From: a virus
DNA length: 64,000 bases
Strand: one strand, 5' to 3'
Virus record (IMG/VR): IMGVR_UViG_3300025687_000001
Location: 1-64,000 of that record
The notes under the pieces: generated by a model
Database searches by the model: none
Seen by the model: only the letters and a program-made list of their open reading frames with translations
Told to the model about the DNA's origin: nothing
Translations under genes and position numbers: made by a program
In this document: piece by piece, positions 37,643 to 47,333 of the stretch
Layout: every line of letters begins with the position of its first letter
How positions within the stretch are numbered: position 1 is the stretch's first letter

Positions 37643-40600
37643 GTGGCGAAACTTTCCCGACGGCAGAGCTTTTCCGGCAATAAATTTCGTGGAGTCTGGG
37701 CTGAGCTAAAGCCAGAAGCGTGGTTCACCCTTCTCAAGGAGATTAGCCCGGATAGCGAATTCAGCCTTCGCGGAGAGGCGCTGCTAGGGTGTTGTCCCTA
37801 CCCGCAGCATAACGACAGTACCCCCTCGTTTTGGGTCTACCCTAAGCGGGGGTACGCAAAGTGCTTTGGCTGCAACCGCTTTGAATCCAACCCAGTCAGG
37901 TTCCTGTCTGACATTTCGGGCATGTCTTGGGCGGAGGCCGTTTCCTTCTATAGGAACAAGTTTTCGGTCACCAGCTTCCCCAAGACGGTTGGAAAAGAAC
38001 TAGACCAACGCGAAGGGCTACAGCGAGTACGCAGCGTTATAGCGAAAGTCAGTAAAGAGTGCCTGTTGCGCGCACTGCAGCCGTATGCTGACGGAGACCA
38101 AAAGTCTGAGTACGCTATTTTCTTCGCCGCGCTGAAGTACTTGGAGGGTCGAGGAATCCCACTAGACCGGAGCCTCCTGAAAGCTCTGCCCGTGGGGGTG
38201 CTCCCTCCGCTAAAGATGGTTACTAAGATCGCAGGGCCGGACGTCTCTAAGCACTGCTACGATTACCTCCAGAAGTACATGACGACCTCCTACTTGGGGG
38301 CGTTGATGTTCAGCTACAACGACACGCCAACGTCCATTGGGGGGTTCAAACTCCGCGCAGACTTCTTGCGTGCAGAGGGCACCAAGGACCACGTCTACGT
38401 CAAGAACCCTGACGATTCCCCGATAGGGATTTTTGGGCTTAAGTTCTACAGCTCCCTTATCCGTGGTAACTCAGGGCACAAAGAAGCCCTGGTCATGGAG
38501 GGGGAGTTTGACGTGCTCTCCAACCTGGTGCACCAGCTCCAGGACAAAAAGCCCTATGACATCGTCCTAGGCACCGGCGGCAGTTCGGACATCTACCTGG
38601 ATGACCTGGAAGAGTTCGGCATAGAAAAGGTCCTGCTGGTCCCTGATGGTCCCGACCACGGCGGTAACGAGATAGCCGAAAGTTGGCTCAAGCGTACCAA
38701 CATACCCGCTAACGTATTTACCTGGCCTGCAGCAGTTAAGTCCAAAGACCCAGACGAGGCTATTCTCACGTACGGGTGGGAGCAGTGGCTGACTGCGTTA
38801 ACTGAGGTTGACGAGAATAGCGAACAGCGCGTCAACTTCATTCTGCCGCACGAGTGGGCTGCGCGTCGTCTGCGGGAAAAGCTCATCGACGCTGACTTCG
38901 AGGACGTCCGGGCGCTGAAAACCCTGGCGGCCCGCGTGGGCGAATGTCTCCTAGACCCCTCGGAGCAGAAGGCGTACATCGACAGCGCGGTGCAGTTTAC
39001 CGGGCTGTCCCCCTCGGACCTCATAGCTCTCATCGTTGGGGGAGAGGACACCGAGGAGGGCTTCATGCAGCGCATCGTGTTTGCGCTGCAACAGGAGTAC
39101 ACTTTCCTGGGAACGGAGCCTAGCCAGGCCGGACTCCGCTTGACGTTCTGGCACAAGAAGAAGCGTCTGCTGCGTACGGCGTCCATCAGCCGGACGTCAG
39201 ACCTGTTCTCCACTATCAACGCAGATTTGGGCACATTCGTCGACTGGGCTAGAGAAAATGTTGGCGTACCCGACTGGGTAGCAACTAAGTCCGCTGGTAG
39301 CAGCGGCGGCGTGATGCCGGTACGGTACTCCGATCAGGAAAAGATCGTCAGGAACTACGTAGAGCTAGCCCTGACCCGTCTCCTGAAGACGCTGCCTGCC
39401 ATGCAGGACCTCATCCAGCTGAAGGCTGGGTGTCACTACATCGACGTCAAGTTCAAGAAGAAGACGGAGAAGCGCTGGGTCATCGTCAACGGAAACGACG
39501 TGTACCTGGGGGTGCCTGAAGAGTCGGGAGTATCCTGGCGTGTCTTGGACGGTCCGCAACTCGGCACGTACATCTTCAACTTAAATCGCCGTGCATGGAG
39601 TGCAGAGCTAACCGGCCTCGACGATTTAAACGAGGGTCTGGGGTCAGATTTGCCCTGGGCTTTCCGGTTCATTTGCAACGTCATCGACACCTGCTGGCGG
39701 TTTAAGCACCAGCAGGAAGACGTGCAGTACATAGCCGCAGCGCTCATGTTGAACACAGTGTGCTCGGCTCTTCCTCGCCAGCTATACACGATGATCAACG
39801 GCCCTCGTGGGTCCGGTAAATCTTCGCTGCTAGGCCTGCTGTCCGGCAACAACCCGACAACTAGGTTGCTCGAAGCTGCCTTCACTATGGACAGCTACAC
39901 TGTTGCGGGTTTCAGAAAGGAGATGAACCACTGCTCTCTCGGCGCTGTACTAGACGAGTTCGAGGACCAGGGCAACGACACTCACAGTCGCAACGTGCGC
40001 GGCATCCTGCGGGATATCCGCGGACTCACTAGTAACCCCGAAGCGCGTATCTTGCGCGGCAACATGGAAAACCCAGAAGCCACCGCCTACGTCCTCCGGT
40101 GCCAGATCTGGGCCGCTGCCATCCAGTACTTGAGGGACGAGGCGGACGTAAGCCGCTTCGTGCAGATCAAGACCGACATTGCTGAGGGGCACCCAAACCC
40201 CAAAACAACAATGGCTACGATGTTCTCAGAGACGGATTTTCGGAGAGCACGTAGGGCACTGACGCTGGGCATGTTCAAGGTCGTCCCGGATCTCCTCAAG
40301 GAAATCAAGTGGTTGCGCGGAGTCTACGCGTCACAAGGACTCATGTCGGCTCTGTCAGACCACGCGGGCGTTACCGTGCCTAGCCGGTACCTAGACGGCG
40401 TCCTCATCCCTGCTGCGATACTTAAGCTGGTGGGGCAGGACCCGCACGAGTTCATCACTAGATTCGTGACAGCCAAGGCCACTATGCTTAAGCAGGTTGT
40501 GGGCGCGTCGCACGAGAAGTCGCTTCTTGACCACATTCTCTCGGCGCAACTTCAGTACTCGAAGCCCGGGTCGGACGTACGGCACACCAACGTTCGAGGC

Positions 40601-40957
40601 CTCCTGTCTAGCCCTACAGAGCGTACGCTACTCAACGAAACTGAGTCCGGGGTTTACTACGTAGACTTCGCCTTGGACGCTAGCCAGCCCACTACAAAAA
40701 CTAGCTGGTTGATTGTGTTGTGGGCTGACGCCATCCATAGCGTACTGAAAACAGTAGGTCCTCTCCGAGGAGAAACCCCCGCGCGCCTGAAGCAGCTGGC
40801 TGAGGCAAGCGGCTCTATGGTCGTCTCTCCCAGAGAGTTCCACAAAATCCCTGGAGGGATCGCACCGCACCTCAAGGTCGGCGTGAAAATCACTGACTTC
40901 ACGGTGTTTGACATCACCGATATGCTCACTGCATGGGATGAATCCCGAATTGACTAA
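37643..40957 (+). CDS. DNA primase-helicase (CHC2 Zn finger + TOPRIM + P-loop ATPase)
   Basis: CPYPQHNDSTPSF...CFGC; EGEFD, PDGPD, KDPDE; GPRGSGKS, LDEFE. Confidence 0.88.
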   Translation: MAKLSRRQSFSGNKFRGVWAELKPEAWFTLLKEISPDSEFSLRGEALLGCCPYPQHNDSTPSFWVYPKRGYAKCFGCNRFESNPVRFLSDISGMSWAEAVSFYRNKFSVTSFPKTVGKELDQREGLQRVRSVIAKVSKECLLRALQPYADGDQKSEYAIFFAALKYLEGRGIPLDRSLLKALPVGVLPPLKMVTKIAGPDVSKHCYDYLQKYMTTSYLGALMFSYNDTPTSIGGFKLRADFLRAEGTKDHVYVKNPDDSPIGIFGLKFYSSLIRGNSGHKEALVMEGEFDVLSNLVHQLQDKKPYDIVLGTGGSSDIYLDDLEEFGIEKVLLVPDGPDHGGNEIAESWLKRTNIPANVFTWPAAVKSKDPDEAILTYGWEQWLTALTEVDENSEQRVNFILPHEWAARRLREKLIDADFEDVRALKTLAARVGECLLDPSEQKAYIDSAVQFTGLSPSDLIALIVGGEDTEEGFMQRIVFALQQEYTFLGTEPSQAGLRLTFWHKKKRLLRTASISRTSDLFSTINADLGTFVDWARENVGVPDWVATKSAGSSGGVMPVRYSDQEKIVRNYVELALTRLLKTLPAMQDLIQLKAGCHYIDVKFKKKTEKRWVIVNGNDVYLGVPEESGVSWRVLDGPQLGTYIFNLNRRAWSAELTGLDDLNEGLGSDLPWAFRFICNVIDTCWRFKHQQEDVQYIAAALMLNTVCSALPRQLYTMINGPRGSGKSSLLGLLSGNNPTTRLLEAAFTMDSYTVAGFRKEMNHCSLGAVLDEFEDQGNDTHSRNVRGILRDIRGLTSNPEARILRGNMENPEATAYVLRCQIWAAAIQYLRDEADVSRFVQIKTDIAEGHPNPKTTMATMFSETDFRRARRALTLGMFKVVPDLLKEIKWLRGVYASQGLMSALSDHAGVTVPSRYLDGVLIPAAILKLVGQDPHEFITRFVTAKATMLKQVVGASHEKSLLDHILSAQLQYSKPGSDVRHTNVRGLLSSPTERTLLNETESGVYYVDFALDASQPTTKTSWLIVLWADAIHSVLKTVGPLRGETPARLKQLAEASGSMVVSPREFHKIPGGIAPHLKVGVKITDFTVFDITDMLTAWDESRID

Positions 40958-43900
40958 GCAAGTAAAGCCCGCAGGATGCCGTGGGTGCTCCCTTTTCGAG
41001 GCACCCATGTCCTCCGGCTACGTGGGCAGTACCGAGCCCATAGGGCTCTTTTTGTTCGGTCGTCCCCCAATGTGGGGAGACCATCTATCTGGGTCCGCAT
41101 TCTCCGACAGAGCAGCGCGACTGCTGACCAAGATCCTCACGGACCTGGCCTCTGAGGAAAGCCGAGACCCCACTAGCTCCCTGCTGTCCCCCGCCAAGGA
41201 CCTCTATCGCCAAAAGGCATACATGTACGCGGTGCAGTGCGGTAAGCAGGGCCCCGCCCCTGATAAGGCCACAGTGACGCACTGTGCAGGTGCATACACG
41301 CACCACGTGATCTCACAGCTACAGCCCAAAGTCATTGTAGCTATGGGCACGCTAGCCTTTCAGTCACTGGGCCTGAAGGGTACGGTCAAGGACCTTCGGG
41401 GCAAGGTCATGCCTGTGACCATCGACGGCACACAGTACAAGGTGATCCCTACAATCAGCCCGGTGTCCCTGCTGAAGCGCGAGGATGCAGGGCTATACAG
41501 CGTAATCAAGAATGACGTTGCCCGCGCTGCCAACGAAGCGGCTGGCCTAACTGCTTCGCTAGACATGGGGGCCCTGACTGCTAGCTATGAGATTCCCAAG
41601 TCCATCCCAGAGCTCGCAGCTTTAGCCGAAGACTACGCTACGTACACAGAAGACGGCAAAACCATCGGCAACACGTTGATGGCGCTGGATACCGAAACGA
41701 ACACCCTGACTCCTTGGGAGCCGGGTGCGAAGGTAATCATGGTTTCCGCAGCCGTCGACAAAGGCAAGGCCTGCGCAATCTTCTTGGACCACCGGGAGGC
41801 GCCATACGATTGGCGTGAGGCGCTTCCGTACGTGTTGCGCATAACCATGTCCCCGCACCCGAAGACCTGGTGGAACTACAAGTTCGATCGTCAGATGTTC
41901 TGGTGCACCATACTCCCGGCACTACTAGAGCTCTGCCAAGACCCGGACTACCGCGCACACCTAGAGACCATAACGCGCCACAGTCTGGAAGACATCCTCG
42001 AGGTAGCTGGGCTAAACAATACCCGCTGGGACGGACTGCTTGGAGAGCACCTTCTAGATGAAGACAAAAAGGGCTTCTACGGGCTGAAGACCGTTGTCGC
42101 TGACTACCTGCCCGAGTACGCAGGCTACGACGACGAGCTCAGCGAGAACTTTAAGGAAGCTGGTGGACGGCAAAGCAAGTCTGAGTTAGCGGCGCGCGAG
42201 CACCCGCTAGCCCAGCTTCCGATAGGTCTATCGTACGACAACCCCAGCGTCCTCCCGGCTCCGCTGGACACTAAGTTCTCGGAGTACTACCTGGCACTAT
42301 GCCAGGTCCGAGACGACGCAGCGGAGAAGCGCGCTGACTGGAGCCGGAAGAACTACCCTGAGGTTCCTCGAGAAGAATTTGCTCGTCGCAAAGAGTACCT
42401 AACTTCGCGCGTAAAGAACCTGGACGCCGCGATTAAGCAAGAGAAAGCGGAGGATAAGGCTTACCAGCGTTTTCTGAAAACGTACATGGACGGGTACCAA
42501 CGAGCTCTGCAAGCCAAAATCGAGCTCGGAAACACACCTGACGCAACCTATGAGGACATCGACCCCGACATCCTCAGCGTCTACGCCGCAATAGACGCCG
42601 ACGTTACTAAGCAAATCACTCGGCGGCAGCGTATACGCGCGTACAGGGAGGACCCTCCTGGCCCCTCTGTGGGGCGGCCCACGCTGATTACCCTGATGCG
42701 TAGGCACTACCTGCCTCTGACCGAAGCGCTAAGTGAAATCCAAGCTGAAGGCGTGTGCGCGGACCGCGAGTATCTCCACTCCATCGGAGACAGCATTGAT
42801 GCTGAGAAAGAGGTCGTCGAGCGGGAAATACGCGACATGCTCTTCGCAGACGTTGGGCTGCCCCAGGACAAGGACATCAAGCTCAACAACCCCTCCACTC
42901 TGGGGGACATCCTCAACGGGATGTACGGCCTGCCGGTACTCAAGACAACCGACAAGGGCCAGGCTTCCATGGCTGAGGCTGTCTTAACAGAGTACGCAGA
43001 GGGCGGCTATGACATCGCTGAGCGGCTACTGACCTGGCGAAAGTTGGGCAAGGCCCGCAGCACGTACATCAAAAACCTGCTTGAGCTGTCCTCCATCGAC
43101 GGCCGCATTCGCGGGAACGTGCACATCAACGGCACGGCTACGGGGCGTACTTCCTCGAGCCAACCGAACCTGCAAAACCTTCCGCACATGCTGGGCCGGG
43201 TGAACATTAAAAAGGCGTTCATACCTACCCCAGTACACCGGGCGGAGTGGTGGGATTCTCAGAGGAACCGCGCCATGGCCGAGAGGTACGGTTGGCGCCG
43301 AGACGATCGGCTTGTGTGGGTCGACGTGGACTTCGCTGGCGCGGAAGTACGAGTGCTGTGTCGCTACGCGCAGGACCCTGCACTCCTAGAGGCGCTCAAC
43401 CGCGGCGACGACATGCACTCTTGGATGACCGCGGAGATCCACGGCCTGGATTACGAGTTCGTGAACAAGGACCGTAAGGAAAACCCCAAGGGGGAGATGG
43501 CTACCCTGCGCAGTGCAACGAAGCGCGTAGTCTTCGGAACCATTTACGGCGCGGGCGCTGCTAAAATTGGGGAACAGATCGGCGTCGATGAGACAGAGGC
43601 GCAAGCGATCATAGACAAGCTCATGCGCCGTTTCCCGTTGATCAAGCGGTACATGGACGATACCCGCCGAGAGATTGCCAAGAAGCTGCGCGTAGTTACT
43701 CCGTACGGCCGCTTCCGCCGGTTCCCGATGGCCAATGTTGGTCGGTGGATGAAGGGTAGGAACGACCGGCAGGGCATCAACTTCCTAGTGCAGAGCTACT
43801 GCTCTGACATCGTTATGTCCTGCTTGGTCAACATGCACCGTTCCCGATCGGGAATATCCGGGCGGTTACTGCTCACTGTGCATGACTCTATCTGCCTGGA

Positions 43901-44078
43901 AATGCCCGATCGGGAAATTTCTAAGCTGCTGCCTTGGCTTAACCAGACCGTAGATCAGCATATCAAAAAGCAGTTCCCCGATATGCCGGTCTCTATGCCG
44001 TACGACGTTGATGTCGGCTACTCCTACGGGGAGAAGCAAGACATCAGCAAATTTGTGTCACAAGAGAATGTTGCATGA
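40938..44078 (+). CDS. Family A DNA polymerase with N-terminal UDG-like and 3'-5' exonuclease domains
   Basis: CRGCSL...KVIVAMG...LRG (UDG-like); LDTET, NYKFD, YAAIDA (exonuclease); TATGRTSSSQPNLQN, DFAGAEVR, KRVVFGTIYG, TVHDS. Confidence 0.93.
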   Translation: MNPELTKQVKPAGCRGCSLFEAPMSSGYVGSTEPIGLFLFGRPPMWGDHLSGSAFSDRAARLLTKILTDLASEESRDPTSSLLSPAKDLYRQKAYMYAVQCGKQGPAPDKATVTHCAGAYTHHVISQLQPKVIVAMGTLAFQSLGLKGTVKDLRGKVMPVTIDGTQYKVIPTISPVSLLKREDAGLYSVIKNDVARAANEAAGLTASLDMGALTASYEIPKSIPELAALAEDYATYTEDGKTIGNTLMALDTETNTLTPWEPGAKVIMVSAAVDKGKACAIFLDHREAPYDWREALPYVLRITMSPHPKTWWNYKFDRQMFWCTILPALLELCQDPDYRAHLETITRHSLEDILEVAGLNNTRWDGLLGEHLLDEDKKGFYGLKTVVADYLPEYAGYDDELSENFKEAGGRQSKSELAAREHPLAQLPIGLSYDNPSVLPAPLDTKFSEYYLALCQVRDDAAEKRADWSRKNYPEVPREEFARRKEYLTSRVKNLDAAIKQEKAEDKAYQRFLKTYMDGYQRALQAKIELGNTPDATYEDIDPDILSVYAAIDADVTKQITRRQRIRAYREDPPGPSVGRPTLITLMRRHYLPLTEALSEIQAEGVCADREYLHSIGDSIDAEKEVVEREIRDMLFADVGLPQDKDIKLNNPSTLGDILNGMYGLPVLKTTDKGQASMAEAVLTEYAEGGYDIAERLLTWRKLGKARSTYIKNLLELSSIDGRIRGNVHINGTATGRTSSSQPNLQNLPHMLGRVNIKKAFIPTPVHRAEWWDSQRNRAMAERYGWRRDDRLVWVDVDFAGAEVRVLCRYAQDPALLEALNRGDDMHSWMTAEIHGLDYEFVNKDRKENPKGEMATLRSATKRVVFGTIYGAGAAKIGEQIGVDETEAQAIIDKLMRRFPLIKRYMDDTRREIAKKLRVVTPYGRFRRFPMANVGRWMKGRNDRQGINFLVQSYCSDIVMSCLVNMHRSRSGISGRLLLTVHDSICLEMPDREISKLLPWLNQTVDQHIKKQFPDMPVSMPYDVDVGYSYGEKQDISKFVSQENVA

Positions 44079-44080
44079 CC

Positions 44081-44199
44081 TCTAACTAAGCGCCCCGTTG
44101 GGCCAGCAGCGCAACGCTGTTTCAGTTGGTCTCATCAGTGCTCTGCGAGCACTGATGGTCATCTCGGCGACCTGGTCGCTGCAATCTTCGTTAGTTAGA
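44081..44199 (+). ncRNA. Retron msr-msd-like unit 1
   Basis: Arms tctaactaa/ttagttaga, G at 44090, two short stem-loops, 11-bp hairpin, TCG before the 3' arm. Confidence 0.65.
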
Positions 44200-44200
44200 T

Positions 44201-44355
44201 TTGGGATAGCCCACTTTGTGTGGTTGGGGAAGTGACTTCCCTAGAGTAACACTAAGGGCCCGGCCCCCCTTCCAGATGTCCGCCGGCGCCCGGCGGGGCC
44301 CTCTACTTAAGTGCCCCGCGGAGCTCGGTTAGGAACTCAATAAATCGTATCCCAA
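44201..44355 (+). ncRNA. Retron msr-msd-like unit 2
   Basis: Arms ttgggata/tatcccaa, G at 44209, two short stem-loops, larger GC-rich structure, AAATCG before the 3' arm. Confidence 0.62.
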
Positions 44356-44358
44356 GCT

Positions 44359-44480
44359 TTGAATCAGGCAGCCTTTCGGCTAATCCCCCGAAACGGGGGA
44401 GACGTACCTCCGGGGCTCCTACCGTCACTCCCCGTCGGCGGAGCTGCTCGAGATGAACTGGGCTCGAAATCGTGATTCAA
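44359..44480 (+). ncRNA. Retron msr-msd-like unit 3
   Basis: Arms ttgaatca/tgattcaa, G at 44367, two short stem-loops, further hairpins, AAATCG before the 3' arm. Confidence 0.62.
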
Positions 44481-44482
44481 CG

Positions 44483-46111
44483 CTAAGCAATCAACGAAGA
44501 TCTAGCATCTGCGCTGTAGAAGGTAAGGTCCTTGCGGCGGATCTTGCCTGCAATCCACGCGAAAATCTGAGCGTGGAGTGCGTCGTCTGGGTTGGAGGGG
44601 GCGTGACGCCATACCCGCTTTCCGGCCTGCGTCACTTCCTCGTACACCGACAGCATGTCCTCAAACACCGGAGCGCTCTGCTTCACGTTGGGGTACCGGT
44701 ACAAGCCGTTCTTGGCGTTGTAGAGGAAGTTGTCGATCATCGTAGTACGGTCCGCCATGTAGCGGTCTCGCTGGTTCCAGCGAAGGTGGGCTCCTCCGCC
44801 CTCAACCCCTGCGTACTGAACCTGCCATACCCGCTGGGGCCCTAGGCGCTTAGTCAGTAGGTTGTTGCCGATGTGGCCCTCTCCTGCGTCACCAATCGCG
44901 AGACTTACCTGGTATAAGTTAAAGACGCGGGCGATTTCCTCGACGGAGTCTACTGGGTTGACCACCGGGAAAATCTTGAACCACAGAGTGTGGTGGCGCC
45001 CTCCGGCGTCGATACCCCAGATCCAGGCGACAGTCCTAGAGTTACCTTTCGAGCCCCCGCCGGACCAGTCTACCCCTCCCACTACGTGGACAACGCCCTT
45101 GGCCGACTCCGGCCTAACGGCCTTAGACGGTGAGGCGTCAAGAGTGTGCTCCTCGCAACAAGCCTGAAGCTCGTCAAGAGAGATAAGCCTCGCTCCGATA
45201 GAGTCGGAGATGCCCAGCACCTCGTTCTTAAAGTCCGAGGGTGCGTAGTCTTCGTGCTTCTGCAGAATTCTGGACCAGCGTTCAGGCCTCTCGTTGTTGA
45301 GCGGCAAGATTAGCTGCGGGATGTGGAAGCCCTTGATCCGGTCAGCGTCCGGAGATTCTGGGTCCACGTCATCGGGGACGGGGTTCATGTCTATCCACGT
45401 CCCATTACGGGGGTTTACGTACGCCTTACACTTGAGGCAAATGATCCCCTTCTTTCCGATTCCCGCGTCATTGACGTAGTAGGAATAGTCGCCGCAAGCT
45501 TCACACTTCACGCACCACTCGGACTGGGTGGAGGACCGCCACATAAACTCAATGGTGTTCTCCATCGTCTTAGGCGTGCCCGTGTAGCCAAAGTACCCGT
45601 AGTTGGAGTTAGCGGCGCACTCAGAGACCACAGGGACAACCTCGTCGTAGAGGATGTCCTGGATCTCATCGAAGTTGATGCGGTCAGCAGAGTACCCACG
45701 TGCGCGGTCAGGATCGTCCGACGCGTATGTGAATATGAGCTCACTACCGTTAGCAAGGATCTTCAGGAAGACGTTGTCCGGGGCGTGCGGGTCTAAGTAT
45801 AAGTCTCTCACCAACGGCGAATGCCGGAGCATCTTGGCTACGCGCGTATTAGAGAAGGTCGACGTCTGCTTGAGACTTGGGCTGACGTAGAGGGTTCTGA
45901 AGTACGGACGCGAGATCGCATCGACCACAGTGTGTGCTGCGGCTGACACGGACTTCCCTACCTGTCGCCCGCATTTCATCAGCGTTTTTCGCCACTGCCC
46001 CCTGTAAATAGCGTCATACATGGGGTAGTCGTATAGGGAAAATTGAGTGCCCTCTAGCCAGAGAAGCTTCTCGGCTAGTTGGCGACGCGACGCTTTGAAT
46101 TCGACAGACAT
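44483..46111 (-). CDS. Terminase large subunit (GpA-like, with Zn finger)
   Basis: MKCGRQVGKS (Walker A), RGYSADRINFDEIQD (Walker B), GTPKT, CEAC...CLKC, GGVDWS, PDDALHA; likely ATG 46111. Confidence 0.9.
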   Translation of the reverse strand: MSVEFKASRRQLAEKLLWLEGTQFSLYDYPMYDAIYRGQWRKTLMKCGRQVGKSVSAAAHTVVDAISRPYFRTLYVSPSLKQTSTFSNTRVAKMLRHSPLVRDLYLDPHAPDNVFLKILANGSELIFTYASDDPDRARGYSADRINFDEIQDILYDEVVPVVSECAANSNYGYFGYTGTPKTMENTIEFMWRSSTQSEWCVKCEACGDYSYYVNDAGIGKKGIICLKCKAYVNPRNGTWIDMNPVPDDVDPESPDADRIKGFHIPQLILPLNNERPERWSRILQKHEDYAPSDFKNEVLGISDSIGARLISLDELQACCEEHTLDASPSKAVRPESAKGVVHVVGGVDWSGGGSKGNSRTVAWIWGIDAGGRHHTLWFKIFPVVNPVDSVEEIARVFNLYQVSLAIGDAGEGHIGNNLLTKRLGPQRVWQVQYAGVEGGGAHLRWNQRDRYMADRTTMIDNFLYNAKNGLYRYPNVKQSAPVFEDMLSVYEEVTQAGKRVWRHAPSNPDDALHAQIFAWIAGKIRRKDLTFYSADARSSLIA

Positions 46112-47333
46112 GAGCGATACAACCGAAAAGGGCTCCGCCCAAAACCGCTTCTGGGAGGAAATGGGTGTTCCTCTCGTTACCGTACAGCAGGCCCGCCTGG
46201 CCGTAAAGATGGCATTCGACGCCGGACTCGTCCCCGCTCTCGTGGGACACGCCGGCATCGGCAAGACGCAGTCCCTCAAGGAAGAGGGCCGCGAAGACCG
46301 CGGAGGTGGCTACTACGGCTGGTACCTCCAGACCGCCATGCCCGAGGACGTGCAGGGGCTGGCTTTCCGCGCACCGAACGGAAAGTCCTACGACTACCTG
46401 CAGCAGTCGCAGATAGTGAACAACGTGGACAGCCACGAGGGCGGCGTCATCGTCCTCGAGGAGCTCAACCGCGCCTCCAAGGAGACAGCGGCCGCGGCGT
46501 TCGCGTTCATGGATCAGTTCCACGAGAACTTCCCGAAGGGGTGGCACCTGGCGCTCGCCATGAACCCCAGCGGCGGAGAGTACGCCACGGACTCTCTGAT
46601 CCACGACCCGGCGCTACGCCGCCGCGTCGTGTGGATCGCGGTACGCGAAGACCGTACAGAGTGGCTCCGCTACGCGCGTGATCGCGAGCTGCACCCGATG
46701 GTAATCGCCTACATCGAGGCGAACGCCAACATGCTCCTGGACACCAAGCGCCGCGCAGCCGGGCGGATCTACGCCACCCCCGCCTCGTGGGAAAAGGTGT
46801 CCACCATCCTCAAGACCATAGAGGAGCAGAACGGGGGCAACCTGTCTCCGATCCCCGCCGCCACCGAGAACGTTCTCTCGGGGCTGATCGGGGACACCGC
46901 GGCCGGTGAGGTCCTGCGGTTCATCGAGGACAACAACATCATCATCCACCCGCAGGAGGTGTTGGAGTCCTACAAGGGGGAGAAGAGCGAGGTTCGCTCC
47001 CGCGTGCGCAACGCCATCCGATCCGGCCGCGTGGACGTCGTCTCCGCCCTGTGCGACAACCTCAAGACGGTGCTGCTGTCCAGCATGCCCAAGGTCAACA
47101 AGAAGCTCTGCGAGAACCTCGTGACCTTCTTGAAGGACCTGCCGAACGAGCTGAGGATGGTCGTCATCACTGGTTTCCGCGAGGCCAACACGCAAGAGGC
47201 CTCTCGTTGGGTCAGCACTCTTCAGCTGGAGCTGGTGCGCACCCCCGGGTACTCGGACGTCTTCACGTCCATCCTGGGAGACGTCACCAAGGTCGAAGAG
47301 GCGCTCAGCGACGAAGAGGCCAACAAGAAGTAA
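46110..47333 (+). CDS. MoxR-type AAA+ ATPase
   Basis: GHAGIGKT, EDVQGL, LEELNRA, AMNP, DPALRRR, TPASWE. Confidence 0.9.
   Translation: MSDTTEKGSAQNRFWEEMGVPLVTVQQARLAVKMAFDAGLVPALVGHAGIGKTQSLKEEGREDRGGGYYGWYLQTAMPEDVQGLAFRAPNGKSYDYLQQSQIVNNVDSHEGGVIVLEELNRASKETAAAAFAFMDQFHENFPKGWHLALAMNPSGGEYATDSLIHDPALRRRVVWIAVREDRTEWLRYARDRELHPMVIAYIEANANMLLDTKRRAAGRIYATPASWEKVSTILKTIEEQNGGNLSPIPAATENVLSGLIGDTAAGEVLRFIEDNNIIIHPQEVLESYKGEKSEVRSRVRNAIRSGRVDVVSALCDNLKTVLLSSMPKVNKKLCENLVTFLKDLPNELRMVVITGFREANTQEASRWVSTLQLELVRTPGYSDVFTSILGDVTKVEEALSDEEANKK

Noticed and set aside
44081-44480. Region read as only a bidirectional terminator, tRNA cluster or tmRNA
   Set aside because: No U-tracts after the stems, no cloverleaf/T-loop/CCA, and three nested domains with the same layout exceed what a terminator needs
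44160-44501. Alternative long-range pairings (tcatctcg/cgagatga; atcttcgtt/aacgaagat)
   Set aside because: They conflict with the three-unit fold and one partner lies in terminase coding sequence; may be chance, though alternative folding is not excluded
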